Shown here in pieces: positions 10,093 to 18,274 of a stretch of DNA of 64,000 bases (positions are counted from its first letter, which is position 1; each line of letters begins with the position of its first letter). Origin of the DNA: Anaeromyxobacteraceae bacterium (GTDB lineage: Bacteria; Myxococcota; Myxococcia; Myxococcales; Anaeromyxobacteraceae). The stretch is from the NCBI GenBank assembly GCA_032654565.1, contig JAULAX010000015.1, forward strand, positions 512,001 through 576,000, in the 5' to 3' direction. Below the pieces are notes generated by a model that saw only the letters and a program-made list of their open reading frames with translations, made no database searches and was not told the DNA's origin. The position numbers and the translations under genes were made by a program.

Positions 10093-10320
10093 GTGGCGAC
10101 CAACCTGACCAAGATCGACTGCATCGGGATGCGCTGTCCGCAGCCGGTCCTCAAGCTGGCCGTGGAGACCGCCGAGACCCCGGCCGGCACCGTCGTCGAG
10201 ATCACCGGCGACTGCCCCACCTTCGAGAAGGACATCCGGACCTTCTGCGAGCGGCGCAAGAAGACCCTGCTGGCGGTCCGCGCCGACGGGCAGAAGACGG
10301 TCATCCTCATCCAGTACTGA
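10093..10320 (+). CDS. TusA/SirA-family sulfur carrier protein
   Basis: IDCIGMRCPQPV (CPxP motif), 75 aa. GAGGAGG RBS before GTG 10093. Confidence 0.9.
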   Translation: MATNLTKIDCIGMRCPQPVLKLAVETAETPAGTVVEITGDCPTFEKDIRTFCERRKKTLLAVRADGQKTVILIQY

Positions 10321-10324
10321 TGGT

Positions 10325-12292
10325 GTGAGCCCGACGCCACCGCCCGGACCCGCCGCGGCCCCGCCCGAGCCGGCACCTGGCCGGATCGGCCTCGTCCTCT
10401 GCCGCTGCGGCCCCAACCTCTTCAACCTCATCGAGCTCGGCCCGCTCGAGGCCGCCGCACGCTGGCCCGAGGTGGCGGCGGTGGCGGTGCAGGGGGTCCT
10501 CTGCGGCGAGGAGGGGCAGGCCTGGCTGGCCGGCTGGCTGCGCGCCGAGCGGCTCGACCGGCTGGTGATCGCCGCCTGCTCGCCGCGGGAGCACGAGCTG
10601 ACCTTCCGCGCCGTGATGGCCCGGGCCGGGCTCAACCCCTACCTGCTGCAGCTGGTCAACCTGCGCGAGCAGGTGGAGTGGATCGGCGGCGAGCCGGAGG
10701 CGGCCACCGCCCGCGCCGAGCGGCTGATCCGCGCCGGGCTGGCCCGGGTGGCCCACCACCGGCCCCGCGAGCAGCGCACCGCCGACGTCAACGCCGACGT
10801 GGTGGTGGTGGGCGGCGGGGCGGCCGGGGTGGCGGCGGCGCTGGGGCTGGCCCGCAAGGACCGCAAGGTGCTGCTGCTGGAGCGGTCGCCGGCGCTGGGC
10901 GGCCTGGCGGCGCAGCTCGACGAGATCTTCCCCGACCACGTCTGCGCCTCCTGCTTCCTCGAGCCGGCGCTCGACGAGGTGCTCCACCACGACCGCGTCG
11001 AGGTGGTCACCGGGGCCACGGTGACGCGGGTGCGCGGCGCGGCCGGCGCCTTCGAGGTCACGGCGGCGCTGGCGCCCCGCTTCGTCGACGGCGAGCGGTG
11101 CATCGGCTGCGGCCAGTGCAGCCTGCTCTGCCCGGTGGAGGTGGTCGATCCCTGGGCCGCCGGGCTGGGGCGGCGAAAGGCCATCGCCGCCGCCTACCCG
11201 GGGAGCCTGCCGCACGTGGCGGTGCTGGACGCCGCCGCCTGCCTGCACCACCGCGACGGCAGCTGCGACGCCTGCCAGGTGGGCTGCGGCTTCGACGCCA
11301 TCCGGCTCGACGCCCGGGCCGAGGAGCGGACCTTCCACGCCGGCGCCCTGGTGCTGGCCACCGGCTTCCTGCCCGGGCCGGTGGCCGGCCCGCCCGGCGT
11401 CCTCTCCAGCTGGCAGCTGGAGCGGCTGCTCCACCCCGGCGGCCCCACCGGCGGGCAGCTCGCCCTGGCCGGCCGCCCCGCGCCCGCCTCGGTGCTGCTG
11501 GCCTCCACCGCCGGCGACGCCGACGGCCCCCTGCCGTCGCGCGAGCTGCTCAAGCTGGCGCGCGGCCTGCGCCGCCGCTGGCCGGCGCTGGCGGTGGCGG
11601 TGGCCGGGGGGCTCTCGCGGACGCCGGGGCTGCACGCCGAGGCCCGGGCCGCGGCCGAGGAGGGGGTGGAGCTGCTCGAGGAGGAGCTGCGGCCGGACGG
11701 GCTCGGGTCCGACGGCGGCGCGGTGTCGGCGCGGCTGGCCAGCGGGCTCCTGGAGCAGGAGCGGCGCTTCGACCTGGTGGTCCTCCACGCCGCCTCGACG
11801 CCCGCCGACGGGGCCGCGGCGCTGGCGGGGCTGCTGCGGCTCGACCGCGACGCCCGCGGCTTCCTCACGGAGGGGTCGGCCAACCCGTTCGAGCCCACCG
11901 CCACCCGCCGGGCCGGCGTCTTCGTGGCCGGGGCCGCCGCCGGGCCGCGCTCCATCCGCGAGGCCATCCGCGACGGGGCCGCCGCCGCCGGGCGGGTGCT
12001 GGCCACGCTGGTGCCGGGCGAGCGGCTGGCGCTCCAGCCGCTGGCCGCCGAGATCGATCTCGCCACCTGCGGCGGCTGCGGCACCTGCGTCGCCACCTGC
12101 CCGTACCACGCCGTGGTCCGCGACCCGGTCACCCGGGCGCTGCAGGTCGAGCCGGCCGCCTGCCACGCCTGTGGCGGCTGCGCCGCCGCCTGCCCCACCG
12201 GCGCGGCCAGCGCCCCCCACGCCACCCGCGCCCAGCTGGCCGCCGAGATCTCGGCGCTGCTGGCCGCCGCCCGGCCCGGGGCCACGCCGTGA
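10325..12292 (+). CDS. hdrA: Heterodisulfide reductase subunit A-like flavoprotein (FAD, 4Fe-4S)
   Basis: N-terminal CRCGPN..AACSPREHE..VNLREQ, FAD motif VVVGGGAAG, IFPDHVCASC, inserted and C-terminal ferredoxin CxxCxxCxxxCP pairs. Confidence 0.9.
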   Translation: MSPTPPPGPAAAPPEPAPGRIGLVLCRCGPNLFNLIELGPLEAAARWPEVAAVAVQGVLCGEEGQAWLAGWLRAERLDRLVIAACSPREHELTFRAVMARAGLNPYLLQLVNLREQVEWIGGEPEAATARAERLIRAGLARVAHHRPREQRTADVNADVVVVGGGAAGVAAALGLARKDRKVLLLERSPALGGLAAQLDEIFPDHVCASCFLEPALDEVLHHDRVEVVTGATVTRVRGAAGAFEVTAALAPRFVDGERCIGCGQCSLLCPVEVVDPWAAGLGRRKAIAAAYPGSLPHVAVLDAAACLHHRDGSCDACQVGCGFDAIRLDARAEERTFHAGALVLATGFLPGPVAGPPGVLSSWQLERLLHPGGPTGGQLALAGRPAPASVLLASTAGDADGPLPSRELLKLARGLRRRWPALAVAVAGGLSRTPGLHAEARAAAEEGVELLEEELRPDGLGSDGGAVSARLASGLLEQERRFDLVVLHAASTPADGAAALAGLLRLDRDARGFLTEGSANPFEPTATRRAGVFVAGAAAGPRSIREAIRDGAAAAGRVLATLVPGERLALQPLAAEIDLATCGGCGTCVATCPYHAVVRDPVTRALQVEPAACHACGGCAAACPTGAASAPHATRAQLAAEISALLAAARPGATP

Positions 12293-13755
12293 GCCCCGCC
12301 CCGCGCATCGTCGCCTTCCTCTGCGAGTGGTGCGCCTACGCCGCCGCCGACAAGGCCGGCGCCTCGCACCAGCCCTACCCGCAGACGCTGCTCACCGTGC
12401 GCGTCCCCTGCACCGGGCGGGTCGAGCCGGCCATGGTGCTGCAGGCCTTCCGCGAGGGGGCCGACGGCGTGCTGGTGGGCGGCTGCCACCCCGGCGACTG
12501 CCACCACGTCGACGGCAACCTGCGGGCGGCGGCGCGGCTGACGCTGCTCGGCCGGGCGCTGGAGCAGGCGGCCATCCCGCCGACCCGGCTGCGGGTGGAG
12601 TGGGTGGGGGCGGCCGAGGGGGCGCGCTTCGCCGAGGTGGCGACGCAGCTGACCGCCGAGCTGGCGGCGCTCGGGCCGCTCGACTACCCGGGGCGGGCCC
12701 TCCACTCCATCGACGACGCCCTGCAGGTGGCGCCGTCGCGCCTGCACCAGCTGGAGGAGGCGGGCCCGGCGCCGCGGGCGCCCGGCAAGCCGCGGGTGGC
12801 CTTCTACTGGAACGCCTCCTGCGGCGGCTGCGAGGAGGCGGTGGTCGACCTCGGCGAGGGCTTCGCCGAGCTGGCGGCCCGCGTCGAGATCGTGCTCTGG
12901 CCGGTGGCCCTCGACACCAAGAAGGCCGACGTCGAGGCCATGCCCGACGGCCACATCGACGTGGCCTTCCTGAACGGCGCCATCCGGCTCGACGAGCAGG
13001 ACCACTGGGCGGTGCTGCTGCGGCGCAAGGCGCGCACCGTGGTGGCCTTCGGCGCCTGCGCCCACCTCGGCGGGGTGGTCGGCCTCGGCAACCTCTCCGA
13101 GCCGGAGGCGCTGCTCACCACCGCCTACCGCGACCAGCCGAGCGTCTCCAACCCGCAGCAGGTGCTGCCGGGGCGGCCGGTGCAGGCCGGCGGCCACGAG
13201 ATCACGCTGCCGGCGCTGCTCTCCCGCACGCTGCCGCTGGGGGCGGCGGTGCCGGTGGACTTCACCATCCCCGGCTGCCCGCCCTCGCCCGCCGTCATCG
13301 GGGCGGCCGTCGACCTGCTGCTCGGCGGAGGAGCGCTGCCGCCGCCGGGGTCGGTGCTGGCGCCCAACGCCTCGCTCTGCGACTCCTGCCCGCGCAACGG
13401 CTCGCGCCCGGAGCGGCTGCAGCTCACCGCGCTGGCCCGGCTCGCCACCACCCAGCCTGACGAGGCCACCTGCTTCCTGGCCCAGGGGCTGGTCTGCCAC
13501 GGGCCGGCCACCCGCCAGGGCTGCCAGCCCGGCTGCGTCGAGGCCAACATGCCCTGCCGCGGCTGCTTCGGGCCGCTCGACGGCGTGGTCGACGGCGGCG
13601 CCGCCATGCTCTCGGCCTTCGCCTCGCTCTTCGCCGGCGATCTCGCCACCCAGCGGGCCATGGCCGAGAGCCTCCCCGATCCGGCCGGCACCTTCTGGCG
13701 CTACGGGCTGGCGGCGGCGCTGCTGCCGCGGCGCCTGCCGGAGCGCGCGCCATGA
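12289..13755 (+). CDS. mvhD/mvhG: Fused MvhD (2Fe-2S) and MvhG ([NiFe] hydrogenase small subunit)
   Basis: IVAFLCEWCAYAAAD..VRVPCTGRV..GGCHPGDCHH (MvhD), then in frame YWNASCGGCEE..AFGACA..IPGCPP..CFLAQGLVCHGP..PCRGCFGP (MvhG). GTGA overlap with hdrA. Confidence 0.92.
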   Translation: MSPAPRIVAFLCEWCAYAAADKAGASHQPYPQTLLTVRVPCTGRVEPAMVLQAFREGADGVLVGGCHPGDCHHVDGNLRAAARLTLLGRALEQAAIPPTRLRVEWVGAAEGARFAEVATQLTAELAALGPLDYPGRALHSIDDALQVAPSRLHQLEEAGPAPRAPGKPRVAFYWNASCGGCEEAVVDLGEGFAELAARVEIVLWPVALDTKKADVEAMPDGHIDVAFLNGAIRLDEQDHWAVLLRRKARTVVAFGACAHLGGVVGLGNLSEPEALLTTAYRDQPSVSNPQQVLPGRPVQAGGHEITLPALLSRTLPLGAAVPVDFTIPGCPPSPAVIGAAVDLLLGGGALPPPGSVLAPNASLCDSCPRNGSRPERLQLTALARLATTQPDEATCFLAQGLVCHGPATRQGCQPGCVEANMPCRGCFGPLDGVVDGGAAMLSAFASLFAGDLATQRAMAESLPDPAGTFWRYGLAAALLPRRLPERAP

Positions 13756-15236
13756 CGCGACGGATCACCATCGACCCCATCACCCGGCTGGAGGGGCACG
13801 GCAAGGTGGAGATCCTGCTCGACGAGCAGGGGAACGCCCAGCACGCCTTCCTGCAGGTCCCGGAGCTGCGCGGCTTCGAGCGGTTCTGCGTGGGGCGCCC
13901 CGTCGAGGAGATGCCGCAGCTCACCGCCCATGTCTGCGGGGTCTGCCCGGCCGCCCACCACCTGGCCTCGGTGCGGGCCCTCGACGCCCTCTCCGGCGTC
14001 ACCCCGCCGCCGGCGGCGCTGGCGCTGCAGCGGCTCTACTACGACCTCTTCATCTTCGAGGACCACCTCCTCCACTACTGGTACATGGGCGGGCCGGACT
14101 TCATCGTCGGCCCCAAGGCCCCGGCGCCGCTGCGCAACATCCTCGGGGTGCTGGCCCGGGTGGGCGAGTCGCTGGGCAAGCGCATCCTCTCGGTCCGCAA
14201 GGAGGCGCGGGACCTGATGGCCGCCATCAGCGGCCGCACCGTCCACCCGGTCTTCGCCCTCCCCGGCGGCTGCTCCCGCCCCATGCCGGCCGAGGCGCTG
14301 GCCCAGCTGCGCGAGGCGGCGCCGCGGCTGGTGCAGTTCTCGGTGGACACGCTGGCGTCGTTCCGGGCGGCGGTGCTGGAGCAGCGCGAGTACCTCTCGG
14401 CCATCGGCAGCGAGGTCTACCGGCTGCGGACCCACTCGATGGGGATGGTGGACGAGGCCGGGCAGCTCACCTTCCTGGACGGCACGCTGCGGGTGATCGA
14501 CACCGGCGGCGCCGAGACGCTGCGCTTCGCGCCGCGCGACTACCTCGAGCACCTGGCCGAGCGGGTCGAGCCCTGGACCTACGCCAAGTTCACCTTCCTG
14601 AAGTCGAAGGGGTGGACCGGATTCACCGAGGGTGACGAGAGCGGCCTCTACCGGGTCGGGCCGCTGGCCCGGCTCAACGTGGCGACCGCCATGGCCACGC
14701 CGCTGGCCGAGGCGGAGCGGCAGCGGCTCTTCGGGACCCTGGGCTGGCCGGCCCACCAGACCCTGGCCTTCCACTGGGCCCGCCTGGTCGAGGCGCTGCA
14801 GGCGGCCGAGCGGGTGGCGGCGGCGGTGGACGACCCGCTGCTGGCCTCGCGCGACGTCCGCAACGTGCCCCGGCCGCTCACCGGCCCAGCCGAGGGGGTG
14901 GGCGTGGTCGAGGCCCCGCGCGGCACGCTCATCCACCACTACCGGTGCGGCGCCGACGGGCTGCTCACCGCGGTCAACCTGGTGGTGGCCTCGCAGCACA
15001 ACGCCGCCCCGGTGCAGGTCTCGGTCCGCAAGGCGGCGCGCGGCCTGATCCGCAACGGGGTGGTCAACGACGGGCTGCTCAACCAGCTGGAGATGGCCTT
15101 CCGCGCCTACGACCCGTGCAACGCCTGCGCCTCCCACGCCCTGCCGGGGGAGCTGCCGCTGCTGGTGACGGTGAAGGACGCGCGCGGCGCGGTGGTCGAG
15201 GTGCTCCGGCGGCGGGTCCCCGAAGAGCAGCCGTGA
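13752..15236 (+). CDS. mvhA: [NiFe] hydrogenase large subunit, group 3c (Mvh-type)
   Basis: ITRLEGHG, ELRGFERF, L1 xVCGVC, EAPRGTLIHHY, L2 RAYDPCNACASH followed by a cleavable extension. Confidence 0.93.
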   Translation: MTRRITIDPITRLEGHGKVEILLDEQGNAQHAFLQVPELRGFERFCVGRPVEEMPQLTAHVCGVCPAAHHLASVRALDALSGVTPPPAALALQRLYYDLFIFEDHLLHYWYMGGPDFIVGPKAPAPLRNILGVLARVGESLGKRILSVRKEARDLMAAISGRTVHPVFALPGGCSRPMPAEALAQLREAAPRLVQFSVDTLASFRAAVLEQREYLSAIGSEVYRLRTHSMGMVDEAGQLTFLDGTLRVIDTGGAETLRFAPRDYLEHLAERVEPWTYAKFTFLKSKGWTGFTEGDESGLYRVGPLARLNVATAMATPLAEAERQRLFGTLGWPAHQTLAFHWARLVEALQAAERVAAAVDDPLLASRDVRNVPRPLTGPAEGVGVVEAPRGTLIHHYRCGADGLLTAVNLVVASQHNAAPVQVSVRKAARGLIRNGVVNDGLLNQLEMAFRAYDPCNACASHALPGELPLLVTVKDARGAVVEVLRRRVPEEQP

Positions 15237-15244
15237 GAGGCCCG

Positions 15245-15760
15245 GTGGCGCCCACGCCCACGCCCGAGACCTCGTCCCTGGCCGCTGCACCGGGGCGGCG
15301 CGGCGCCCTGCTGGTCCTCTGCCTGGGCAACCCGCTGCGGAGCGACGACGCCGTGGCGCTCCACGTGGCGCGCCTGCTCGAGGCGGCCCCGCTGCCGGGC
15401 GTGACCGTCAAGGTGAGCGCCCGGGCCGGGCTCTACCTGCTCGACGACATGGAGGGGTTCGACCGGGTGGTGGTGGTCGACGCCATCCAGACCGGCCAGC
15501 ACCCGCCCGGCACCGTCCACCAGCTCCCGCTCGAGGCGCTCCACTCGCCGGCCGGGCCGTCGCCGCACGCCGTGGGGCTGCCCTCGGCGCTGGCGCTGGC
15601 GCGGGCCGCCGGGGCGCCGGTGCCGGAGCGGGTGGAGCTGGTGCTCATCGAGGCCGAGGTGATGGACCTGGTCGGCGAGGGGCTGACGCCCGGGGTGGCG
15701 GCGGCGGTGGGGCCGGCGGTCGAGGCGGTGCGGAGGGCGTGCGAGCGGCTCAGCCGGTGA
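15245..15760 (+). CDS. Hydrogenase maturation protease
   Basis: LCLGNPLRSDDAV, VVVVDAI, SPH motifs. Last gene of the operon; start codon uncertain. Confidence 0.9.
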   Translation: MAPTPTPETSSLAAAPGRRGALLVLCLGNPLRSDDAVALHVARLLEAAPLPGVTVKVSARAGLYLLDDMEGFDRVVVVDAIQTGQHPPGTVHQLPLEALHSPAGPSPHAVGLPSALALARAAGAPVPERVELVLIEAEVMDLVGEGLTPGVAAAVGPAVEAVRRACERLSR

Positions 15761-15791
15761 CGGTGCGGGCCTTGGTCTTCTGCTCGGCCAT
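15750..15791 (-). pseudogene. 13-codon ORF MAEQKTKARTVTG with strong RBS; probable truncated gene start
   Basis: GAGGAG 6 nt upstream of ATG 15791. Host-optimal codons. Stops inside the convergent protease gene end. Confidence 0.4.
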
Positions 15792-15916
15792 GGAGGGCTC
15801 CTCGGTGGGCGAGGAGGTACCTGGCGCGGGAGGGGGGCCGCGGGCCAGAGAATCGGTCGCGCCGGTGGGAGCGCCGGACGGGGAGCGGAGCGCAGGGGCG
15901 GCGTTGCCGGTCGGCG

Positions 15917-16006
15917 AGCGGAAGGCGTTGTGAAAGGTCCGCGGGGGCGGGCGGTGCCGACCAGCCAGCGAGAGGCGTTGCGAAGAGGTCCGCGGCGGCG
16001 GGCGGT
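15917..16006. repeat. Imperfect tandem duplication, two ~39-bp units with ~50-bp period
   Basis: AGCGGAAGGCGTTGTGAAAGGTCCGCGGGGGCGGGCGGT versus AGCGAGAGGCGTTGCGAAGAGGTCCGCGGCGGCGGGCGGT. Confidence 0.6.
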
Positions 16007-16310
16007 TTCGCGGAGGGCGCGGGCGGGGTCAGTCCAAACGTTTGGAGTCGCTACAGCCTCCGTCCAGGCAGGTTCAGTCTGAACCGCAAATGACCCATCC
16101 CGAACGAGGTCCCTCATTTGCAACTTTGGGCGCCCAAAATGACTCTAAGTCCGTGTCGCTCGACAACCGCTTGCATTGACTGCGGTTGTTCTGTGTTTGA
16201 CCGTGAGTCCGTTTCTGACGTCAGAACTCGCGAAGGCGAGGCGGCGGGGCGGGACGTGGCGGGAAGGTCGGACGTCTCGCAGCGCCCGACGCCCTTGAGG
16301 AGGTCCTGTG

Positions 16311-16334
16311 TTGCGCGGCCTGAAGGCCGCGCGA
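16311..16334. terminator. GC-rich hairpin directly after the signal peptidase stop
   Basis: TTGCGCGGCC-TGAA-GGCCGCGCGA. No clear U-tract. Confidence 0.5.
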
Positions 16335-17024
16335 TCAGTGCTTCACCCCGTGGAACAACCGGTCCCACCTCGGCCCGTGCGGCCCCCAGGAGAAGAGCGC
16401 CACCCAGGCCCGCCCCTTGACCCGCCCCACCGGCACCGGCCCGAAGACGCGGCTGTCGGCGGAGTGGTCGCGGTGATCGCCGGCCAGGAAGACGTACCCC
16501 TCGGGCACCACCTGGCGGGGGACATCGCCGCAGGGGCGCTCCGGCGTGCAGTGGGTGTGGTAGGCGTGGGCCTCGAGCATCTCCACGAAGTCGGTGCAGG
16601 GCTCCTCGACCCAGCCGCCGCGCTCGGGCCGGTTCCAGTAGCTGCACGGGCCGGGCACCGGCTGGCGCTGCACCGGCCGCTCGTTGACCACCAGCCGGCC
16701 GTCGCGGATCTCCACCACGTCGCCGCCCACGCCCACCACCCGCTTGATCAGGTCGTCGGCGTTGGGGCCGCCGTTGGGGTTGAGGAAGACCACGATGTCG
16801 CCGCGGCCGGGGGTGGACCAGTTGAGCTGGGCGGTGTCGGTGAAGGGGAGGCGGGCGCCGTAGGCCCACTTCTCCACCACCACGTAGTCGCCGATCTGCA
16901 GCGTCGGCAGCATCGAGCCGGAGGGGATGTAGACCGCCTCGAAGAGGAAGGTCCGGAAGGCCAGCACCGCGAGGATGGTGAAGACCCAGCCCTTCACCTC
17001 GCTCTTCAACTTGTCGCGATCCAC
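16335..17024 (-). CDS. lepB: Signal peptidase I
   Basis: YIPSGSMLPTL.IGD (catalytic Ser), LIKRVVG (Lys), GDHRDHSADSR. AGGAG RBS before GTG 17024. Confidence 0.95.
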   Translation of the reverse strand: MDRDKLKSEVKGWVFTILAVLAFRTFLFEAVYIPSGSMLPTLQIGDYVVVEKWAYGARLPFTDTAQLNWSTPGRGDIVVFLNPNGGPNADDLIKRVVGVGGDVVEIRDGRLVVNERPVQRQPVPGPCSYWNRPERGGWVEEPCTDFVEMLEAHAYHTHCTPERPCGDVPRQVVPEGYVFLAGDHRDHSADSRVFGPVPVGRVKGRAWVALFSWGPHGPRWDRLFHGVKH

Positions 17025-17038
17025 GCTGCCTGACGCTC

Positions 17039-18274
17039 CTATTCGGTCCGCATCGCCTCGACGGGGTCCAGCCGGGACGCCCGGGCGGCGGGGTAGATGC
17101 CGAAGAGCAGCCCGGCCCCGCACGCGACGAAGAGCGACAGTACCACCGCCCACGCAGGGATGCTCGTCGGAACGGACATCACCTCGCGGGCGAAGACGGC
17201 GATGCCGGCCCCCAGCAGCACACCGAGCAGGCCGCCCAGGGCCGAGAGTGTGATCGCCTCGATGAGGAACTGGCTGAGGATGCGGCGCCGGCGCGCCCCC
17301 AGCGCCTTGCGCACGCCGATCTCGCGGGTCCGCTCGGTCACCGAGACCAGCATGATGTTCATGATGCCGATGCCGCCCACCAGCAGCGCCAGGGCGCAGA
17401 CGCCCAGGCTGGCGGCGTTGATGATCAGCGCCAGGTTGTCGAACAACTGGTTGACCGAGTCGTTGGTGAAGTAGTCGAAGTCGCTCTCGTCCTGCGGGGC
17501 CACGCCGCGGAGCCGGCGGAGGGCGCCGACCACCTCGTCGATGGCCCTGGGCACGTCCTCGGCCGAGGTGGCGATGACCACCAGGTTGTTGTTCTCCACC
17601 CGGCCCATGGCGAGCTCGAAGGCGGGCCAGGGAAGCAGCACGTAGCCGTCCTTCGACTCAAGGCCCAGGATCGAGCCCATCCGCTCCGCCACCCCGATGA
17701 CCTCGAAGGTGGCCCCGTTGATCCGGATCTCCTGGTCGAGCGCCGCCGCCGGGTCGGGGAAGAGGATGTCGGCGACGTCCGCGCCGATGACCGCCACCTT
17801 GCGGGAGAGCTGGATGTCGGTGTCGTTGAGCATCCGCCCGGCCGCGAGCGCGACCGAGCGGGAGCGAGCCACGTCCGGGACCGCTCCGACCACGTCGATG
17901 ACCGGCTTGGTCGCACGCTGGCTCGTCGAGACCGCGAAGGGGCGCTGGTAGCTCTCCTCGATGCTCACCCCGGAGACATGGGGGAGCGACCGGAGCGCCT
18001 CCCCCATCTCGCGGGTGATGGGCTTGCGGGCCTCGTACTTGCGCCAGTCGTGGTCGCCGAAGCTCGGGGCCGGCCACTTGGAGACGGCGAAGGAGTCGCT
18101 CCCGAGCAAGGCGAGGTCGTTCTTCACCTTGAGCCGCAGCCCCTCGGTGAGCGACATCATGGCCACCACGGTCATGGCGCCGATGACGATGCCCAGCAGC
18201 GTGAGGGCCGAACGGAGCGGGTTGGACCGGAGGGTCCCAAACGCCATGGCCAGGTTGTCGAGGAAGCCGGTCAT
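17039..18274 (-). CDS. ABC transporter permease (MacB/FtsX family)
   Basis: [58 protein letters not shown]. Confidence 0.95.
   Translation of the reverse strand: MTGFLDNLAMAFGTLRSNPLRSALTLLGIVIGAMTVVAMMSLTEGLRLKVKNDLALLGSDSFAVSKWPAPSFGDHDWRKYEARKPITREMGEALRSLPHVSGVSIEESYQRPFAVSTSQRATKPVIDVVGAVPDVARSRSVALAAGRMLNDTDIQLSRKVAVIGADVADILFPDPAAALDQEIRINGATFEVIGVAERMGSILGLESKDGYVLLPWPAFELAMGRVENNNLVVIATSAEDVPRAIDEVVGALRRLRGVAPQDESDFDYFTNDSVNQLFDNLALIINAASLGVCALALLVGGIGIMNIMLVSVTERTREIGVRKALGARRRRILSQFLIEAITLSALGGLLGVLLGAGIAVFAREVMSVPTSIPAWAVVLSLFVACGAGLLFGIYPAARASRLDPVEAMRTE

Noticed and set aside
15917..16006. Tandem repeats as a mini-CRISPR
   Set aside because: Only two degenerate copies, a ~11-bp spacer and no cas genes.
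16339..16358. parS-like sequence (minus strand TGTTCCACGGGGTGAAGCA) at the end of lepB
   Set aside because: Only one half-site matches and the spacing is broken by extra bases. It is explained by coding sequence (LFHGVKH).
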